Shown here: one piece after another, positions 48,670-53,763 of the stretch
How positions within the stretch are numbered: the first letter of the stretch is position 1
Layout of the letters: every line of letters begins with the position of its first letter
Assembly (NCBI GenBank): GCA_964529035.1
Contig: CAZGUG010000005.1
Span: 1,536-55,298 of the forward strand
Reading direction: 5' to 3'
DNA from: an uncultured Clostridium sp.
GTDB taxonomy: Bacteria > Bacillota > Clostridia > Ch29
Length of the DNA stretch: 53,763 nucleotides
Made by a program: the position numbers and the translations under genes
The notes under the pieces: generated by a model
Databases searched by the model: none
Seen by the model: only the letters and a program-made list of their open reading frames with translations
Told to the model about the DNA's origin: nothing

Positions 48670-48719
48670 TAAGGAAGGCCGAGGACTGTACAGCCGCCCC
48701 GGCCTTCACCTCCTGTCGG

Positions 48720-49772
48720 TTAGTCTATGGGTTTAATCATATCCGGCACGTCAAGGCCTATCTCGGTAAAGTACTTGTAGGCACCGGGATGCAGCGGGGT
48801 TGTAATACCGTCTATCATTATTTGCTTGTTCCCCGCAGCCAGTTCATCGGTAAGCCACTGGGCTGCCCCGTGGGCTGCTGCGGTGTGGGCGCTATGTTCA
48901 AACCAGACCTTGGTTATATCATACACAATATCTTCCGGCATGTCAGGTGCCACGTATAAAGCCGCCACGCAGTTGATGGTAAGTTTGTCTTCCTCGTTGC
49001 CGTAGGTCCCGGCGGGTATTACGTACTGGCTGAAGAATGGATATTTTGCTTTTACTTTTTCGTACAGTTCGTCGCCTATTTCAATTACCTCTATATCTCG
49101 TGATGTCATAATATCCTGTATTGCAGCTGCGGGAACTGCCAGTACGTTAAAGGCCGCATCCAGGTGACCGTCCTTCATCTTGCTGGCCGCATCGCCAAAA
49201 CCGTCGTATGCAGCTTTTATGTCATCAAAAGTCATACCGGCTTCGGTCAGTACCGTCTCTGTCATTACAACGGTGCCGCTTCCAACCGGGCCGACGGCAA
49301 CCCTTTTACCCTTTATGTCTTCCAGTGATTTGATACCGCTTTCCTTCAGCGCCACGCCCTGGTAGACCTCCGGATAAATCACACCGATTGCCCTGAAGTT
49401 CTGCTGTTTGTTTTGGAAGGCGCCTGTACCGTTCCAGGCATCGTCGGCTATGTTGTTCATGGCCATTCCAAGCTCACACTCGCCGGCATGAACACGGTTT
49501 ACACTTTCAACCGAGGCGCCGCCGGGCTGGCTTGTTACCTGTACACTGTCCAGGTATTCGTTCCAGGTATTGGCCATTGCCCCTCCCAGGGCGAAATAGG
49601 TACCACCGGTTGAACCGGTAATAATATTGATCTGCATTTTCTGAACCGGTGCCGGCGGTGTTTCCTCCTCACCATTCTCGGGTGCTTCGGTCTCGGTTGC
49701 CGGCCCGCATCCGGCCAGCATACTGCTCACAATAAGCAGAGCTAACATTAGAAATGCTAATTTCCTCTTCAT
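48720..49772 (-). CDS. TAXI-family TRAP solute-binding lipoprotein
   Basis: Lipobox LAGC; TGSTGGTYFALG, GASVES, YPE, GPVGSGT, VIPAGTY and PLHPGA motifs. Confidence 0.94.
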   Translation of the reverse strand: MKRKLAFLMLALLIVSSMLAGCGPATETEAPENGEEETPPAPVQKMQINIITGSTGGTYFALGGAMANTWNEYLDSVQVTSQPGGASVESVNRVHAGECELGMAMNNIADDAWNGTGAFQNKQQNFRAIGVIYPEVYQGVALKESGIKSLEDIKGKRVAVGPVGSGTVVMTETVLTEAGMTFDDIKAAYDGFGDAASKMKDGHLDAAFNVLAVPAAAIQDIMTSRDIEVIEIGDELYEKVKAKYPFFSQYVIPAGTYGNEEDKLTINCVAALYVAPDMPEDIVYDITKVWFEHSAHTAAAHGAAQWLTDELAAGNKQIMIDGITTPLHPGAYKYFTEIGLDVPDMIKPID

Positions 49773-49877
49773 ATATAGACCCCCTTTTAATTTAATATTC
49801 TTGGTAACTTTAATTACCAAAAATAATTTAAATTTTTAAATCCTTTGTTACCTGAAAAGATATGGGCCGCATGCCTG

Positions 49878-51137
49878 CTACTTATAGTCAACTTCGGCGT
49901 CCCTGTTGGGATACTTGATTATCTGTCCTTCCCAGGTCCTTATGGTTACTGTGTCTCTGCCTTGAGAAATCAGGTATTCGGGCAACATAGGTGTTTTGCC
50001 CCGCCCTTCGGGGGCGTTTATTATAAATGTCGGGATAGCAAGGCCTGAGGTATAGCCCCTTAGGTGTTCCATTATTTCGATTCCTATATCAACGCTTGTT
50101 CGGAAATGAAGCGTTCCCACAACACCCTTGGCATGGAAAATGTAGTAGGGTCTTACCCTTATTCTAAGGAGTTCCTGGCATAGTTTCTTCATAACATAGG
50201 GGTCATCGTTTACTCCCCTCAAAAGTACGGCCTGATTTCCCAGAGGTATCCCCGCGTCGGCTAGCATTTCGCATGCTTTTTTGGATTCTTCGGTAACCTC
50301 CAACTGATTGTTGAACTGCAGGTTGATAAACAGCGGGTGGTGTTTTTTCAGCATGTCGCAAAGCTCTGGGGTTACTCTTTGAGGCAGCGTAACCGGCATC
50401 CTGGTACCTATACGTTTGAATTCAAGATGAGGAATTTTGTCGAGTTGTCCCAGCAGCCAATCCAGCAGTTCATCGGATAATGTGAATGGATCGCCGCCGG
50501 TTATTAAAACGTCCCTTATCTCAGGTGTGCTGCTTATATAATCAACAGCTTCCTGCAGGTGTTCCTTTGGCTGCGGCGCATCAATCTCTCCAATGTTTCT
50601 TCTGCGCTGACAATGCCTGCAGTACATACCGCATTGGTTGGTAACGTTTATTATAAGCCTGTCAGGATACCTGCGGGTAATACAGGCGGCAGGATTTGTA
50701 AATTCCTCTGCCATCGGGTCGGCGCTGCCAATGCCCTCCTGCAGTTCAAGACCCGTTGGAATGGACTGCAGGTATATCGGGTTTTTGTAGTGGTCGCCCG
50801 CTGGATCAATCACCGACAGGAAATAGGGTGATATTGCCCATCTGAACCTTTTGCCGACTTCATCTATATCATGTTTCTGCTTGTCGCTCAGCTTTATGAA
50901 TTTTGCCAGGGTATCCGAATCGGTTATTCTGTTCTTTATCTGCCAGTGCCAGTCGTTCCAGTCGTCTTCGGTAGCTCCCAGTATTTCCTTTATTTTGATC
51001 TGTCTGGCCTTAATATCCTCTTTAAGGTCCAGACCGGTATGGATTTTTTCTCTGGCTTTCAGGTAGGGGTCAATACGGCTTTTTAAAACCTCTGCCCTTT
51101 CCAGGGATATTCGTCTGGAACTCTTTTTTGTATCCAT
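49878..51137 (-). CDS. eam: Glutamate 2,3-aminomutase (radical SAM/PLP, KamA family)
   Basis: N-terminal RISLERAEVLKSRID, RYPDR, CGMYCRHCQRRR; YYIFHAK and IINAP carry Lys/Asn where lysine 2,3-aminomutase has its two lysine-binding Asp; PLP lysine in GRGKTP. Confidence 0.9.
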   Translation of the reverse strand: MDTKKSSRRISLERAEVLKSRIDPYLKAREKIHTGLDLKEDIKARQIKIKEILGATEDDWNDWHWQIKNRITDSDTLAKFIKLSDKQKHDIDEVGKRFRWAISPYFLSVIDPAGDHYKNPIYLQSIPTGLELQEGIGSADPMAEEFTNPAACITRRYPDRLIINVTNQCGMYCRHCQRRRNIGEIDAPQPKEHLQEAVDYISSTPEIRDVLITGGDPFTLSDELLDWLLGQLDKIPHLEFKRIGTRMPVTLPQRVTPELCDMLKKHHPLFINLQFNNQLEVTEESKKACEMLADAGIPLGNQAVLLRGVNDDPYVMKKLCQELLRIRVRPYYIFHAKGVVGTLHFRTSVDIGIEIMEHLRGYTSGLAIPTFIINAPEGRGKTPMLPEYLISQGRDTVTIRTWEGQIIKYPNRDAEVDYK

Positions 51138-51258
51138 AATTTGACCTCCTTGCAGATTATTAAAACCCTATTATAATTATGTATATATACTTGGTTGTCT
51201 CAATATGACGCAGTTTCACCTCCAAAAACAATCTTGCTGATCAGCTATATATAACAAA

Positions 51259-51275
51259 TGCAATATTTATGCCAA
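51259..51275 (-). promoter_or_regulatory. Sigma-54 (-24/-12) promoter of the eam-TAXI operon
   Basis: Minus strand TTGGCATAAATATTGCA matches TGGCAy-N5-TTGC; divergent bEBP gene adjacent. Confidence 0.82.
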
Positions 51276-51473
51276 GAATTCCACTGTATATTTATGGTAT
51301 TATTAGTAATGATAGAGTATGCCATAGTACTATGTCAAGGACACAAAACATTGACCGGTTTGTGTTTACACGTTGTTTTGAGTAGGAAAGACAGGGAATT
51401 GTTTCCTGTCTTCCTTTTAAACTGTACAAATACCGAGGCATAAAGGTTGTTTCTGGTTCATGCGGTACAGCCA

Positions 51474-51502
51474 TTTAAAGCTGTAACATTTTCTGGTATA
51501 AT
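51474..51502 (+). promoter_or_regulatory. Putative sigma-A promoter of the activator gene
   Basis: TTTAAA-17 nt-TATAAT with extended -10 TG. Confidence 0.5.
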
Positions 51503-51545
51503 AAATAATAAGTCGGATTAAAAAAAGTGGGGGGATGGGTAAATT

Positions 51546-53651
51546 ATGGCAAACACCAAACCGTACGGGCTTTCCATTATAACGCGTTCCGAGAAACATA
51601 AGGAAAACGTAATAAACCAGCTCACCAACCTTTTGGGGTCTGAGGTTACAATAAGGGGCTATTCAATACTGGAAGGAATAAAGGAAAAAATATATGACGA
51701 TTTGGTACTGATAAGCCATGAATACCTGAAGGAAACAGCGGGCAAATACATTGACCCGAGGGCGGAAGCGATGGTGGCCAGAAGAGCACTTAATCATTCC
51801 AAGCTGGAAGACGTGTTGCGTATTCCCCATGGCGAGGATGTACTGTTTGTCGACGTTAACAAGTGTCTTGCCGAAAACTCCATTTCACTTCTTGAGGGGC
51901 TGGGCATAAACCATATAAATATGTATCCGTATTATCCGGGCATAAAGAATTCCAGACAGGCCGACTATGCAATTACTACGGGAGAAATTCATATGGTACC
52001 CGATAGTATAGAAAATGTTATCGATTTAGGATACAGCAAGATAGACCTGACAACAATAACTGAAATAATGCTGAAACTGAATATACTTGATGAAAGGACA
52101 AACCTGCTGTCGGTTAAGTTTTTGCAGGACTTTGTATATTCCAGCAAAAAGGTCGTCAAAGCCCTGGAAACCACCGACAGCATTAAAAAGCAGCTTAACA
52201 CAATACTAAACGTGATAAACGATGGAATAGTAGGAATTGACAATAACGGCAGAATAATGTTCAGCAATGAAAATGCGAAAAAGCTTTTCAACTCGCGACA
52301 CAACGGCAGCAGGGCAGGGAATAAAGAAATCAACCTGGACGATATACTGGATTTCGATGCGAAGGCGCTTCTAGGTAAAAATTTCGGGTTGTATAGAAAG
52401 GTTCATGAAATAACGGGAAAGAAGATACTGTTAACCATGATGCCGATTATAAGGAATGGTGAAAATAACGGTGTAATAATCACTTTCAAGGACCTGTCCG
52501 AGATAATCGAGATGGAGAACATTGTAAGGACAAACCTGAGGAAGAGGGGACACACTCCTAAGTATGAATTTTCTAATATTGTCGGGAAAAGCAGGGTAAT
52601 AGACGAAACAAAGGAAATTGCAGAGAAACTTGCCAAAAGCAATTCAACCCTTCTTTTAATCGGTGAAAGCGGCAGTGGCAAGGAACTGTTCGCCCATGCC
52701 ATACATAAAGCCTCCGGGAAACAGTACGGCCCCTTCGTGGCGGTGAATTTTGCGGCACTGCCCGAGAACCTTCTGGAGAGCGAGCTTTTTGGATACGAAG
52801 AGGGAGCATTTACCGGGGCAAGAAAAGGAGGGCACGCGGGGCTGTTTGAACAGGCCCATAAGGGAACCATATTCCTGGATGAAATTGGCGATGCCTCCAT
52901 GAGAATTCAAACACGATTGTTAAGAGTCCTTCAGGAAAAGGAAGTCCTGAGAATAGGCGGTACAAAAATCATTCCGATAGATGTGCGAATCATTGCAGCC
53001 ACCAACAAAAACCTTGAAGAACTAGTGAGAACACAAAAATTCAGGGAGGATTTGTTTTACAGGCTGAAGGTGCTGCCCATAAGAATACCCCCCCTGAGGG
53101 AGCGCAAGGAAGATATCCCTTTCCTTATTGAAAAAATGCTTAAAAAATTTACCCATGAAAAGGAAATGATTATAAGCGATGAAGCTATGGAAAAGTTTAT
53201 GGAATACGATTGGCCGGGAAATATACGGGAACTGGAGAATGTAATAGAGTATTTGTTTCATATTGTCGGCGACGGTGTGGTAAAAAGCAAGGATTTGCCC
53301 TTTACTTCCAACGACAGGTTTCTGCAGCAGGAAAAAACACTTATGGCCATCGAAGAGGAAATGCCGATGGAAGAGCTTTACCATATTCTCACCACATTGA
53401 AGCAGGCAAAGGATGGTGGAAAGATTTATATGAACAGGAAAAGGCTTGCAGAGCTGTGCAGCAGGGAAATGAAGATGACGGAACAGATGATAAGAAACCG
53501 GGTAAATATACTTTCAAAGTACGGCCTGGTAATAACCCAAAAAGGCCCGAAGGGAACCAGGTTATCAATGGACGGAGAGGACTGCATAGGTATTCTTAAG
53601 AAACACATGGATACAAAAAAGTACGACCTGCAGCAGAGGGTTTCAGGCTGA
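51546..53651 (+). CDS. Sigma-54-dependent transcriptional activator (bEBP) with PAS-like domain
   Basis: [35 protein letters not shown] and [10 protein letters not shown]; PAS-like INDGIVGID segment; C-terminal winged-helix-like domain. Confidence 0.95.
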   Translation: MANTKPYGLSIITRSEKHKENVINQLTNLLGSEVTIRGYSILEGIKEKIYDDLVLISHEYLKETAGKYIDPRAEAMVARRALNHSKLEDVLRIPHGEDVLFVDVNKCLAENSISLLEGLGINHINMYPYYPGIKNSRQADYAITTGEIHMVPDSIENVIDLGYSKIDLTTITEIMLKLNILDERTNLLSVKFLQDFVYSSKKVVKALETTDSIKKQLNTILNVINDGIVGIDNNGRIMFSNENAKKLFNSRHNGSRAGNKEINLDDILDFDAKALLGKNFGLYRKVHEITGKKILLTMMPIIRNGENNGVIITFKDLSEIIEMENIVRTNLRKRGHTPKYEFSNIVGKSRVIDETKEIAEKLAKSNSTLLLIGESGSGKELFAHAIHKASGKQYGPFVAVNFAALPENLLESELFGYEEGAFTGARKGGHAGLFEQAHKGTIFLDEIGDASMRIQTRLLRVLQEKEVLRIGGTKIIPIDVRIIAATNKNLEELVRTQKFREDLFYRLKVLPIRIPPLRERKEDIPFLIEKMLKKFTHEKEMIISDEAMEKFMEYDWPGNIRELENVIEYLFHIVGDGVVKSKDLPFTSNDRFLQQEKTLMAIEEEMPMEELYHILTTLKQAKDGGKIYMNRKRLAELCSREMKMTEQMIRNRVNILSKYGLVITQKGPKGTRLSMDGEDCIGILKKHMDTKKYDLQQRVSG

Positions 53652-53663
53652 GCAGCAGGTTGC

Positions 53664-53708
53664 ACCCCGCATTGTTATGGAATAAAAACTGTGCGGGGTT
53701 AAATTTTT
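53664..53708 (+). terminator. Possible terminator after the activator gene
   Basis: ACCCCGCA...TGCGGGGT followed by TAAATTTTT. Confidence 0.45.
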
Positions 53709-53709
53709 G

Positions 53710-53738
53710 TTGATTTGATTCCAGGCATAATGTATACT
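53710..53738 (+). promoter_or_regulatory. Putative sigma-A promoter for a gene beyond the window
   Basis: TTGATT-17 nt-TATACT. Confidence 0.55.
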
Positions 53739-53763
53739 TAATATTAGTATCAGGTACTAATTA

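Noticed and set aside
49878-51137. Calling this gene lysine 2,3-aminomutase (kamA/ablA) or epmB
   Set aside because: Substrate-site residues (FHAK, IINAP), CQRRR and the N-terminus fit glutamate 2,3-aminomutase; no ablB, kamDE or efp/epmA adjacent
51176-51203. Possible extra sigma-A promoter for eam (minus strand TTGAGA-16-CATAAT)
   Set aside because: Suboptimal spacing and -10 in very AT-rich DNA; not distinguishable from chance without TSS data

Overview
Chromosomal window from a spore-forming Clostridia-class Firmicute. It is mostly conserved housekeeping and sporulation synteny: der-plsY-gpsA-spoIVA; the ylm/sepF/divIVA cluster and T-box-controlled ileS; lspA-rluD; rqcH; dapF; yloC-remA-gmk-rpoZ-coaBC-priA-def-fmt; rlmN-stp-pknB-rsgA-rpe-thiN-spoVM-rpmB-yloU-fakA-recG; two SASP genes; rsmD-coaD; ylbJ/ylbK/tmcAL; ackA; rpmF; and one tRNA-Pro(GGG). 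Two accessory blocks stand out. (1) A panB + 420-aa unknown protein operon behind a sigma-H-like promoter. (2) A sigma-54 promoter driving glutamate 2,3-aminomutase plus a complete TAXI-TRAP transporter, divergent from a sigma-54 activator. Reading outside the ORF track also shows spoVM with two small membrane-protein genes upstream, an internally deleted yceD, an anti-SD element that could silence a SASP gene in read-through transcripts, and a hairpin-split ribosome-binding site. I saw no CRISPR array, integrase or transposase. All gene calls come from motif and synteny recognition by eye; no database searches were run.
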